Positions 1 through 8,398 of a stretch of DNA of 35,003 nt are shown one piece after another. Source of the DNA: Rickettsia typhi (GTDB lineage Bacteria > Pseudomonadota > Alphaproteobacteria > Rickettsiales > UBA1997); the NCBI GenBank assembly GCA_945878005.1, contig CAMCSJ010000002.1, positions 1 through 35,003 of the forward strand, in the 5' to 3' direction. Made by a program: the position numbers and the translations under genes. Position 1 is the stretch's first letter. Every line of letters starts with the position of its first letter. Under the pieces are notes generated by a model, which saw only the letters and a list, made by a program, of their open reading frames with translations, did not search any database and was not told the DNA's origin.

Positions 1-1728
1 TGTTGATTTATTTTCAACATTGTTAAAGGCAAAGTTATTAAGATTAAATGAATTTGATTGATTATTAGTGGAAAATCTACTTCCCAAAAATGCTTTATAA
101 TCACGATTATATTTATCGAAATAAACTGCATCATTAAGTTGAGGCGCAACATTATTGACGAAACTATCACCAAATATTGAGGCAGTAGTAATCGCTGAGG
201 TGTTATCAAGCACATAACCATTTGCAAGTGAAGGAGTTGATCCCGACAAGGAAGATTGCGCGGTAAAATATTTTGGTCCAGCACTTTGAACTGCATTAAA
301 TAAATTTAATATTGAATTTCCATAAACTGAATTATAACTCTTACCATTTTCTGTTATGGTTTCAGATCCTGCTATTGATGGCCTATCTCCCGATTCAAAT
401 AAAATATCTCTAATTTGTTGAGGAGTTAATTGTGGCCAAGCTCCAAGTAATACTGCGGCTGCACCCGTCACTGAAGATTGGGCAAGTTCAAAATTTAGCT
501 TAGCACTAGATGAATCACTAGGGTTACTTAAAAATTGACTCCCATCATAATTCGAATCACTTGTTTTTAAATATTTGTAGGATTCACCTTTATAGTTTGA
601 GTTATAAGCTCCCATGCAGTATTTTAGATAACTTTGATTACAATTGCGATATTGACTTGTTCCAGTTAAATCGGCATTTTCTATATTTTTATCTCCATTA
701 AGAGGAGCTACAAAAATTAAATTATTAATTGTGTTTTGTTGTGCTTCGGTTAATCGAGTAACATCCGCAAGAAAATCTACTTTGCTCAAAGCATATGTAC
801 CTGTAGGGGCAATCATGAGAACATTTCTTGCAGTTTGATTAAGAGTGCTACTTAATAAAGTTTTTGCTGAATGAGTACTGCCATCATAAGAATCAGTAAC
901 TATGTGATCATTAGGTTGTTGAGTTACATTATTTGAAGCTAAATGATTATAAATTTTAATATCAGGATCAGTAGTTATGCTTTTAATATTTTCAAATTCA
1001 AAATAAATTGATTGGTGACCCCAACTCGTTGGAGCTGACAAATCAACTGAATTAACTGAGGCAATACCATTACGAGATCCATCGGTTTCCTGATATCTAT
1101 AAAAGACTTGAGCAATTTTTGCATCATAAGCAATTCCATGAGTATCAGTTAATGAATTACTATTTTGACCCTCCACCCCAGCAATAATATTGGCAGAATT
1201 AATTGCGTAATTCTCTCGAGCATTATTTTCGATAGAATCCTTGGTGGTAAAATAGGCGGGGTAATTATTTCCACTAACAGAAACTTTCCAATTCTTGAAT
1301 TCATCTAAACCTAATATTTTGCTACCGGGACTTAAATTATCTGCATCAAATTGAGTTTTATACAAATTATCTGCAACTAAGTTATTTTTAAAATCTATGC
1401 CCGAAGCGTCTCTATGATAGATATTGGTTGATTCTGATTGAATATTTGCAATTCCTAATCCAATCACTACATTTTTACCACCCGTAGGCTTTATATTGAG
1501 ATCTAAAGCAGCATATGCCTTATCGGCTTGTATTGATTTTAAAATTGGGTTTTTGTTATATTCAGCAGTTTGGTATTTATTAATCAGCGTATCTTTTTCA
1601 CTAGAAGAATTGATATCTTTCCAGCCAACATTATTATTTGATGCCGTACTAGCACCACCTCCGCCACCACCTCCACCGCCAGATCCAGCAATTAAAAGTA
1701 ATGCCATTAATGCGATTGCTCCTATCAT
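1..1728 (-). CDS. Secreted subtilase (peptidase S8)-like protein. Only the N-terminal 576 codons lie in the window and the gene runs off the left edge. The catalytic triad is apparently substituted.
   Basis: Absent from the supplied ORF track because it has no stop in the window. The reverse frame is open from the ATG at 1728-1726 down to position 1. The translation starts MIGAIALMALLLIAGSGGGGGGGGGAST (signal-like N-terminus plus Gly9). S8 framework motifs follow: IQADKAYA..GKNVVIGLGIANI, NIIAG..THGIAYDAKI and SSVTGAAAVLLGAWPQLTPQQIRDIL. Confidence 0.6.
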   Translation of the reverse strand, partial: MIGAIALMALLLIAGSGGGGGGGGGASTASNNNVGWKDINSSSEKDTLINKYQTAEYNKNPILKSIQADKAYAALDLNIKPTGGKNVVIGLGIANIQSESTNIYHRDASGIDFKNNLVADNLYKTQFDADNLSPGSKILGLDEFKNWKVSVSGNNYPAYFTTKDSIENNARENYAINSANIIAGVEGQNSNSLTDTHGIAYDAKIAQVFYRYQETDGSRNGIASVNSVDLSAPTSWGHQSIYFEFENIKSITTDPDIKIYNHLASNNVTQQPNDHIVTDSYDGSTHSAKTLLSSTLNQTARNVLMIAPTGTYALSKVDFLADVTRLTEAQQNTINNLIFVAPLNGDKNIENADLTGTSQYRNCNQSYLKYCMGAYNSNYKGESYKYLKTSDSNYDGSQFLSNPSDSSSAKLNFELAQSSVTGAAAVLLGAWPQLTPQQIRDILFESGDRPSIAGSETITENGKSYNSVYGNSILNLFNAVQSAGPKYFTAQSSLSGSTPSLANGYVLDNTSAITTASIFGDSFVNNVAPQLNDAVYFDKYNRDYKAFLGSRFSTNNQSNSFNLNNFAFNNVENKST

Positions 1729-1732
1729 ATAG

Positions 1733-1915
1733 TTATGCAGTTATTAATAAAGTAATTGGTAAAAAATCTAAATCAAAAATAAAATTTTGATTATTAATTT
1801 GATTATTAGAAAGTGAGTTTAGCCCTAGAGTTTCTAGCATTCTTGAAAAACCTGAAAAAATATAATCAAGATTTATATTTGAATATTTTATAAAAAAATT
1901 AGCTAAATTCTTCAT
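1733..1915 (-). CDS. Hypothetical small protein (60 aa) directly upstream of the subtilase-like gene
   Basis: ATG-initiated ORF whose stop lies 4 nt before the downstream ATG at 1728, a possible coupling. No recognisable motif, and it could be a chance ORF in AT-rich DNA. Confidence 0.25.
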   Translation of the reverse strand: MKNLANFFIKYSNINLDYIFSGFSRMLETLGLNSLSNNQINNQNFIFDLDFLPITLLITA

Positions 1916-2395
1916 TTATTTAATAATAATAAAATTAAGATTTAATAAGATTAATTGATTACAAATAATTGTCAATGTTTATTTTTATTAAATTTATTAT
2001 ACAAAATGATTAAATATTGATTATACTCAATAAATCTTAAAAAAAATTTAAATAATCATAATAACTAAATAACACTAAAAATTAATATTTATTAACAAAA
2101 TTTCTAAATAATAATATTAATTGTTGATTTTAATGGCAAAAAGCTTGAAAACAGGGAAATAAAGGGTTTTAAGATCATTTAAATTGATATTTTCAACTCT
2201 TTTTCGCTAAATTTATTAAAATTTAATTTTTTTATAATTTGAATTTAAGGCAAAATAATGTTAAATTATCTTACAATTAAACTAATCGTAATACTTATAT
2301 TATCTTCAAATAACCACTAATTATCATAAATTTATCATTAAATATAAAAGATTAGCTAGTAAATTTTAAAAAATTGAAATCACAATTATTATCGC

Positions 2396-2689
2396 CTATT
2401 GAAAAGCATCGAGAATATATATTGAAGCTTCTGCAATATCCTTGCGAATATTTTTAGCTTCTTGATATTCTTTAGAATTATACCATTTTTTGGCATTATC
2501 GCTATTATCAAATTCTAAAATAACAACCCTATCATCAATAGGAGAACCTTCGATATGTTCGCGATTATTATTGCGGTATAAAAATTTACCGCCGTATTTT
2601 TTTACGATTTCAAAATTTTCTTTAGCATATTTTTCATATTGGTGACTATTTGTGATATTTTTTACAATTGCAAAAACAAGTACTGACAT
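2396..2689 (-). CDS. DUF1330 domain protein
   Basis: MSVLVFAIVKNITN..YEKYAKE..VKKYGGKFLYR..EG..RVVILEFDNSDNAKKWYNSKEYQEA matches the DUF1330 pattern and its usual length of about 97 aa. The ORF can extend to an upstream ATG at 2725, but that adds 12 non-conserved residues. Confidence 0.7.
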   Translation of the reverse strand: MSVLVFAIVKNITNSHQYEKYAKENFEIVKKYGGKFLYRNNNREHIEGSPIDDRVVILEFDNSDNAKKWYNSKEYQEAKNIRKDIAEASIYILDAFQ

Positions 2690-3405
2690 AAATTTGGGAA
2701 TTATCATTGATGAATAAATGACCATAAAAAATTATGATCAAAAATAAGTTAAAATATTTTTTTAGCTTTGTAGGATTTAATTCAATTTTAATTTTTTAAA
2801 TTAAAATTTAAACTTTAAAAGATAGCTCATTATTTTAGGTTATAATAAATGAACAAGAATATTAAATAAAATATCTACAAATTTCAAAAAAATAACTATC
2901 AATAAAAAAAGTTAATTACAAATATTTTTAATTACAACAATTAAATTTTATATTTTTAAACAAATTAAAACTTAAAATAAATTGGCGAGATTTTTGACGA
3001 TAATTTTATTTAAAATTTATAGTTTTGGTAATGAAAAAAAGCTTTAGGAGTGAATTGGGGTTTTCCATTAAGAAGTTTACAATCTTAAATTTTTGCTAAA
3101 ATACTTGCAAAACTCTCAATTAAAATGAAATTTTGATTTCTAAAATGAAATCGGACAAAGAAATATCGTTGCATCCGCTCATAATTAAAATTTTGCAAAT
3201 TAAGTGCAATTTGTGAGAAGCCATTTTAAGGCAAAATTCCTCAATAAGTCGAATTTTTTATATGTTTTTACTGACTACTTAAGATTTGGTTAGTGGAATA
3301 TAAAGTCAAGGCTTACAGATAGGGCATCAAGCATATTAGTGAGCTTGTGGAAATTTTTAGAGATGCGAGGTTTTAGGGTGATGTAGGGTAAGAGATTTTA
3401 TGTTA

Positions 3406-3448
3406 TTTTTTTAAATACTCTAGAAGTTTTTTTTAAATACTAGAAGTT
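3406..3448. repeat. Tandem duplication of about 22 bp spanning the dps stop codon
   Basis: ttaaatactctagaagtt (3411-3428) versus ttaaatactagaagtt (3433-3448). Each copy is preceded by a T-run, and copy 2 encodes the last 4 codons plus the stop of dps. Confidence 0.8.
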
Positions 3449-3870
3449 AACATCCAGATATTTTTTTCGTGAATTTTAGCTCTTTGGATAAATAAATCAG
3501 CGCTTATTTCATCACCTTCACTTTGAGCTAATTTGATTGCTTCGCGCAGAATTTTGGCAATTAATTCGTGATCATTTAGTAAATCTTGAATCATATCCTT
3601 GCTGTGAAAATTTTTATTAGCATTGCGAAAATCGCTGAGTTTTTTGAAATGCTCAAAACTTCCTTCGACCTTTGAACCTAGGGCTCTGATTCGTTCGGCA
3701 ATTTCATCGATCGCGGAGAATAAATCTTCATATTGAGTTTGAAATAATTCATGCAATGCTTTAAAATTTTCACCTACGACATTCCAGTGATAATTTTGAG
3801 TTTTGAGCATGAGGATATAGGAGTCTGCAAGAATTTTATCTAAAGCAACTAAAGTCTGATGATTTTTCAT
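3433..3870 (-). CDS. dps: Dps family DNA-protection / ferritin-like protein
   Basis: 145 aa with NYHWNVVGENFKALHELFQTQYEDLFSAIDEIAERIRALG, the typical Dps ferroxidase-site helix pair. ATG at 3870. Confidence 0.9.
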   Translation of the reverse strand: MKNHQTLVALDKILADSYILMLKTQNYHWNVVGENFKALHELFQTQYEDLFSAIDEIAERIRALGSKVEGSFEHFKKLSDFRNANKNFHSKDMIQDLLNDHELIAKILREAIKLAQSEGDEISADLFIQRAKIHEKNIWMLTSSI

Positions 3871-4054
3871 AAGAGTAATGATAAATTGTTAATAATAATC
3901 AAAAGTTGTTGGAAAATATTTAAAAAAAAATATTAGGTAATTGATAGTTTCTTTTTTAAATTTAAAACTTCAAAATTTATAGTAAATAAATTTTGTGATC
4001 TATGCTTCATTTGAATATATTGGTTAAATGCTGATCTAAGCTGTTTGGAAATTT

Positions 4055-4093
4055 AAGATTATGCCAAGATTATCCAAGATTATCCAAGATTAT
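4055..4093. repeat. 10-bp tandem repeat, about 3.9 copies (ccaagattat)
   Basis: Exact copies at 4064-4073, 4074-4083 and 4084-4093, preceded by the partial copy aagattatg. Confidence 0.9.
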
Positions 4094-4202
4094 TTGGGGT
4101 TAGAAATTATTTAAGCTATTTTATTTAAGCCATTTGAAAATAATTTATAAAATTATAATTTATTTAAATCTTAAGATAAGCTCAAGGAAATCACTAATTT
4201 TA

Positions 4203-5282
4203 TTATAATTTAGTCATATCCATTACAAATCGATAACGAACATCGCTTTTTAACATTCTTTGATAAGCTTGATCGACATAGCTTGGTGAGATAATTTCAA
4301 TTTCGGGAGTGATTTCATGTTTGCCACAAAAATCAAGCATTTCTTGAGTTTGAGCAATTGATCCAATCACTGATCCTGCAAATTTTCTTCTCATCATGAT
4401 TAATGGAAATGGGTTGATGGAGTAGGGTTTATCTGGTGCTCCAATTGCTACTAATGTTGCATCAAATTTTAATAAATTAAAATATTCCGCAAGATTAATT
4501 TCTGAAGATGAAACGGTATTAATAATTAAATCAAAATAACTTTGATATTTGGCAAAATTTTCTTGATTGGCGATAATGAAATCGGTTGCTTGCATTTTTA
4601 ATGCATCGGTTTTTTTTCGATCAGAATGGCTGATGATGGTAACTTTTGCACCCATTGCAACTGCAATTTTTAAGCCCATATGACCAAGTCCTCCCATGCC
4701 AATAATTGCAACTTTTTGATCTTTTTTTACATTCCAATTTTTGAGTGGTGAATAGAGAGTAATTCCTGCACAAAGCAATGGAGCTGCTTTATCTAGTGGA
4801 ATATTATTGGGAATTTTTAAAACATAATTTTCATCAACTACGATTACATCGCTATATCCACCATAGGTTGGAGTTTTTCCATCTTTTTCTAGGCTGTTAT
4901 AGGTTAGATTATTGCCTTTTAAGCAGTAATTATCGAGTTCATTATGGCAATTTTCGCAAGTTCGACAGGAGTCGATAAAACATCCAACTCCAACATGATC
5001 GCCAATTTTATATTTAGAAACTTTGCTTCCAACTTCGCGAACAATTCCTGCAATTTCATGCCCTGGAACCATTGGATAAATTCCTGGAAACCATTCTGAT
5101 TTAGCTTGATGAATATCGGAATGACAAATTCCACAAAATTTAATGTCGATTACTACATCATTTTCATTTGGTTTTCGGCGATTAAAACTAAAAGTAGTGA
5201 AATTTGTTTTAGATGATCTAACTGCGATTCCACGGGCTGGAATATGATTAGGTGATGAGAAGTTTTTTTGTTCTTGAGTCAT
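4203..5282 (-). CDS. Zinc-dependent NAD(P)-alcohol dehydrogenase, cinnamyl-alcohol-dehydrogenase (YahK/AdhC-like) subfamily
   Basis: Catalytic Zn motif GICHSDIH and GHEIAGIV. Structural Zn cluster CRTCENCHNELDNYC. Rossmann motif GMGGLGHMG. 359 aa. Confidence 0.9.
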   Translation of the reverse strand: MTQEQKNFSSPNHIPARGIAVRSSKTNFTTFSFNRRKPNENDVVIDIKFCGICHSDIHQAKSEWFPGIYPMVPGHEIAGIVREVGSKVSKYKIGDHVGVGCFIDSCRTCENCHNELDNYCLKGNNLTYNSLEKDGKTPTYGGYSDVIVVDENYVLKIPNNIPLDKAAPLLCAGITLYSPLKNWNVKKDQKVAIIGMGGLGHMGLKIAVAMGAKVTIISHSDRKKTDALKMQATDFIIANQENFAKYQSYFDLIINTVSSSEINLAEYFNLLKFDATLVAIGAPDKPYSINPFPLIMMRRKFAGSVIGSIAQTQEMLDFCGKHEITPEIEIISPSYVDQAYQRMLKSDVRYRFVMDMTKL

Positions 5283-5396
5283 TATTGATTTTTTTAATTG
5301 AAATTATTTTAAATTTAAATTCAAAAAAAATAGTTAACAATTCTTTTTTAAAATTTTATTTAATTGCAGAATTCAATTTTTAAAATTTTAAATTTT

Positions 5397-5424
5397 AGTG
5401 ATTGGTGATTAGTGATTGGTAATT
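5397..5424. repeat. 14-bp x2 tandem duplication spanning the mscS-family stop codon
   Basis: agtgattggtgatt (5397-5410) and agtgattggtaatt (5411-5424), with 1 mismatch. The stop codon is at 5409-5411. Confidence 0.85.
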
Positions 5425-6662
5425 TTTAATTCTCTTTGCGGAAGTGGAATTTTGATATTATTTTCTTCAAGTTTTTTATAGATCAAATTCATGACATCGC
5501 TTTTAGCATTTGATCTTCCTTCGGTAATATCGTTAATCCAAAAATATAAAATAAATTTTATTTCGCTTTCTGCAAAATCGGTGATATAGCATTCAACTTC
5601 GGGATAAGTCATGCAACGAAAATATCCTTTAGCACAAGAAGAAATGATATTTTTAGCTTTTTCTAAATCACTTCCATAAGCAACGCTTACTTTAATTTCA
5701 ATACGAGCACGGTTGTTAGAGTAAGTCCAATTGGTTACTTTATTGATAATAAATTCTTCATTTGGAATCATTAATTCTCGACCATCAGTGCATTCAACTA
5801 GAGTATATCTTCCACCAAAATGTTTGACAGTTCCGTAAATTGAGCCATTGTCAAGTTCAACAATATCACCAACTTCGACGGATTTTTCAAATAATAAAAT
5901 TATTCCACTGATAAAATTTGAAGCAATTTTTTGTAAACCAAATCCAATCCCCACACCTACCGCACCTCCAATTACCGCAAGGGTTGTCATGTCAAATCCA
6001 AATGTCTTAAGAATGATTAACGCAACGATGCTATAAATTAAAATATCAATGAATTTGCTGATAATACTTTTGGTACTTGATTTGATGCTTTTATTGCTAT
6101 CGATGTAAGATTTACTTTTGCGACTAATCAAGCTTGATAGCCAAAATACGATGATTAAAACAATAATTGCTTTGATTATGAGATATAATGAAATTCTAAC
6201 CTTACCGATTTTGAAAGAAAGCTCATCGAGATAATGAATTACGGGATCTAAAACATCGAAAATATCTAAGATTAATGCAGGCATAAGAAATAATCCTACC
6301 GCATTAGCGATGAATGTACTATTGGCAGAAACTCGAATAAAACGCAGGAATAAAAATAATCCAATTAGTTTCATGGTGGTGGAAAATAATATTGCTTCGC
6401 GAAAAAATTGTTTATAAATCACAAAGCCAATAATGATGAAACATATTGAAATTGCTGGAAATAAAATCGGATAAAAATAGCGTTTGAAAACTCGAGTTAT
6501 TTCATTGCTATTATTGGAAAAAGAGGTGATTTTGGGAATGATACTTTCTTTGATTAAGCTATAAAAAAAATAAGATGCAATGAAGCATAAAGCTAGCGAG
6601 AGAGATTGCCAATAAAGACTTGGACTAGTAAGAGTTTTTTCAATGCTATCAATAATTTTCAT
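5409..6662 (-). CDS. Mechanosensitive ion channel, MscS family, with an extended N-terminal membrane domain
   Basis: Multiple N-terminal TM helices followed by the MscS core GAVGVGIGFGLQKIASNFISGIILLFEKSVEVGDIVEL..GTVKHFGGRYTLVECTDGRELMIPNEEF..V.NWT. Confidence 0.85.
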   Translation of the reverse strand: MKIIDSIEKTLTSPSLYWQSLSLALCFIASYFFYSLIKESIIPKITSFSNNSNEITRVFKRYFYPILFPAISICFIIIGFVIYKQFFREAILFSTTMKLIGLFLFLRFIRVSANSTFIANAVGLFLMPALILDIFDVLDPVIHYLDELSFKIGKVRISLYLIIKAIIVLIIVFWLSSLISRKSKSYIDSNKSIKSSTKSIISKFIDILIYSIVALIILKTFGFDMTTLAVIGGAVGVGIGFGLQKIASNFISGIILLFEKSVEVGDIVELDNGSIYGTVKHFGGRYTLVECTDGRELMIPNEEFIINKVTNWTYSNNRARIEIKVSVAYGSDLEKAKNIISSCAKGYFRCMTYPEVECYITDFAESEIKFILYFWINDITEGRSNAKSDVMNLIYKKLEENNIKIPLPQRELKITNH

Positions 6663-6783
6663 GAAAAAATTTTAGATTAAGATATTAAATTAAAGATTAA
6701 TTAACAAAATTAAATTACCAAATTCAAGTTATTTTTCTAAATCAATTTTGCAAGAATGATTTAAATTTTTTATTTTTTTAGTT

Positions 6784-8310
6784 TTATTCTCCTTGTCCTG
6801 AAGAATATCCAGGAATATTATCAAAAAGATAAAGTCCTTCAAATTTAACAAAATCAAATTGATTTTCTTCAATTAAGCTAAGCATTGAAATAATTTCTTG
6901 GTGAGAAATTTTTAAATTACTATTGAAAATATCGCAACTATTTTTCCCAGTAATTCCTTTGCCAATAAAGCGTAAAATAGTCAATCCCTGATTGTAATTT
7001 GGCATCATATGTTGATCAATTAATGGCCAAAGCAGTAAGCCCATTGCACTAATCATTTTGATTTCAAATTTTTCACTTTCGAGAGTTTTTAATTTGCTAA
7101 GTAGGGAATCAAAATCACTTTGCCAATCGATAAATAAATCAAAGCCAATTAATGATTTTATAGAATCCTTAGAATTATTTAAAATATGTTGATTATTGTG
7201 ATGATTTGTTAAAAGCTGTTGATTATTATTGTTTTTATTTAAATCTTCTTGATTGCTATAATTTGCTGATTTTAATTTTTGAGGTTCTTGACCAAAATTT
7301 TTTATGACCATTTCGCTAAATTCTTTAGTTCCAACCAGTTTTTTACTAAGATTTTCGTTGAAAATATCTGCGGTGTGAATTCCATCTTCGATGGTTTTAT
7401 GAAGGGCATTGAAAATAAGATTAGCTTTTTGATATTGCTTGAGATGAACTAACATCATGATTGAAGCTTGGATTAATCCTGTTGGATTGGCAATATTTTT
7501 ATTGGCAATATCGGGAGCCGATCCGTGAATCGCTTCAAACATCGCGTAATCTTTACCAATATTTGCTGATCCTGCTAGCCCAACTGAACCTGAAATTTCA
7601 GCAACAATATCAGAAATAATATCGCCATATAAATTTAAGGTAACGATTACATCAAACATTTCGGGACGAGTTGCAAGTTTTGCGCAAGCGATGTCAATGA
7701 TATGATGATCAGTTTGAATTTGCGGATATTCCTTGGCAATTTCATTAAAAACTTTATGAAATAAACCATCGGTAATTTTCATAATATTATCTTTGGAAAA
7801 ACAACTTACTTTTTTGCGATTATTGGCAATCGCATATTCAAAGGCATAGCGAATAATTTTTTCACAACCTTGACGAGTAATTAATTTTAAACATTGATAA
7901 GTTTGATTGGTTTGGCGATATTCAATTCCTGCGTAAAGATCTTCTTCATTTTCACGAATTATCACAACATCGAGATTAGGAAAATTGGTTTTTACAAAAG
8001 GAGACATCGCCATGACGGGACGAATATTGGCAAATAATCCAAGTTTTTTTCGCAAGGTAACATTTAAGCTTTTATATCCTCCACCTTGGGGAGTGGTAAT
8101 TGGAGCTTTAAGCAAAACTCTAGTGTTGAATAGATCTTCCCAAGCGGATGGCATAAGTCCTGAACTAAAACCTTTTTCGTAAATTTTTTGACCAACTTCG
8201 ATAATATTGAAATTCAAATTAGCCTTAGATGCTTGTAAAATTTTTAGGGTGCTATCCATAATTTCTGGACCGATCCCATCGCCATAAGCAATTGTAATTG
8301 AGTTTGTCAT
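6784..8310 (-). CDS. icd: Isocitrate dehydrogenase, long form with a C-terminal extension domain
   Basis: MTNSITIAYGDGIGPEIM.., SLNVTLRK, IIRENEEDLYAGIE, NLYGDIISD and GLAGSANIG..FEAIHGSAPDIA are motifs of the isocitrate/isopropylmalate dehydrogenase family. The track ORF begins at a TTG at 8379. The conserved N-terminus begins at the ATG at 8310, which also leaves an 88-bp divergent spacer. Confidence 0.9.
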   Translation of the reverse strand: MTNSITIAYGDGIGPEIMDSTLKILQASKANLNFNIIEVGQKIYEKGFSSGLMPSAWEDLFNTRVLLKAPITTPQGGGYKSLNVTLRKKLGLFANIRPVMAMSPFVKTNFPNLDVVIIRENEEDLYAGIEYRQTNQTYQCLKLITRQGCEKIIRYAFEYAIANNRKKVSCFSKDNIMKITDGLFHKVFNEIAKEYPQIQTDHHIIDIACAKLATRPEMFDVIVTLNLYGDIISDIVAEISGSVGLAGSANIGKDYAMFEAIHGSAPDIANKNIANPTGLIQASIMMLVHLKQYQKANLIFNALHKTIEDGIHTADIFNENLSKKLVGTKEFSEMVIKNFGQEPQKLKSANYSNQEDLNKNNNNQQLLTNHHNNQHILNNSKDSIKSLIGFDLFIDWQSDFDSLLSKLKTLESEKFEIKMISAMGLLLWPLIDQHMMPNYNQGLTILRFIGKGITGKNSCDIFNSNLKISHQEIISMLSLIEENQFDFVKFEGLYLFDNIPGYSSGQGE

Positions 8311-8398
8311 TTTTAACTGATAAAAATTAAATCTTGAAAAAATTTTATGAAATTTTATATTATCATAATTAACTTTCAATCTTTAATTTCTAGTATCA

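Noticed and set aside
1496-1732. Track ORF (78 aa, plus strand) with a Pro9 tract
   Set aside because: It is the antisense reading of the Gly9-encoding GGN run and N-terminus of the much longer, motif-bearing reverse-strand subtilase-like gene. It has no independent support.
4055-4093. Replication origin (oriC) inferred from TTATCCA words
   Set aside because: There are only three imperfect (7/9) boxes. No dnaA, hemE or other usual neighbours are present, and no adjacent AT-rich unwinding element is distinguishable from the background. The evidence is insufficient.
4778-5134. Two short track ORFs (4778-4978 plus, 4919-5134 minus) inside the alcohol dehydrogenase gene
   Set aside because: They are nested in or antisense to a full-length, motif-rich Zn-ADH ORF. 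They have low-complexity composition and no motifs.
5848-6036. 62-aa plus-strand ORF inside the MscS-family gene
   Set aside because: It is antisense to the conserved MscS pore-helix region, so it is a shadow ORF.
7985-8182. 65-aa plus-strand ORF inside icd
   Set aside because: It is antisense to the conserved icd N-terminal domain, so it is a shadow ORF.
8311-8379. 23-aa N-terminal extension of icd, with similar extensions of nusA (19749-19793) and pdxJ (28876-28947) implied by the track
   Set aside because: All three start at TTG and add non-conserved residues ahead of well-defined conserved N-termini. Internal ATGs fit homologs and spacer logic better.
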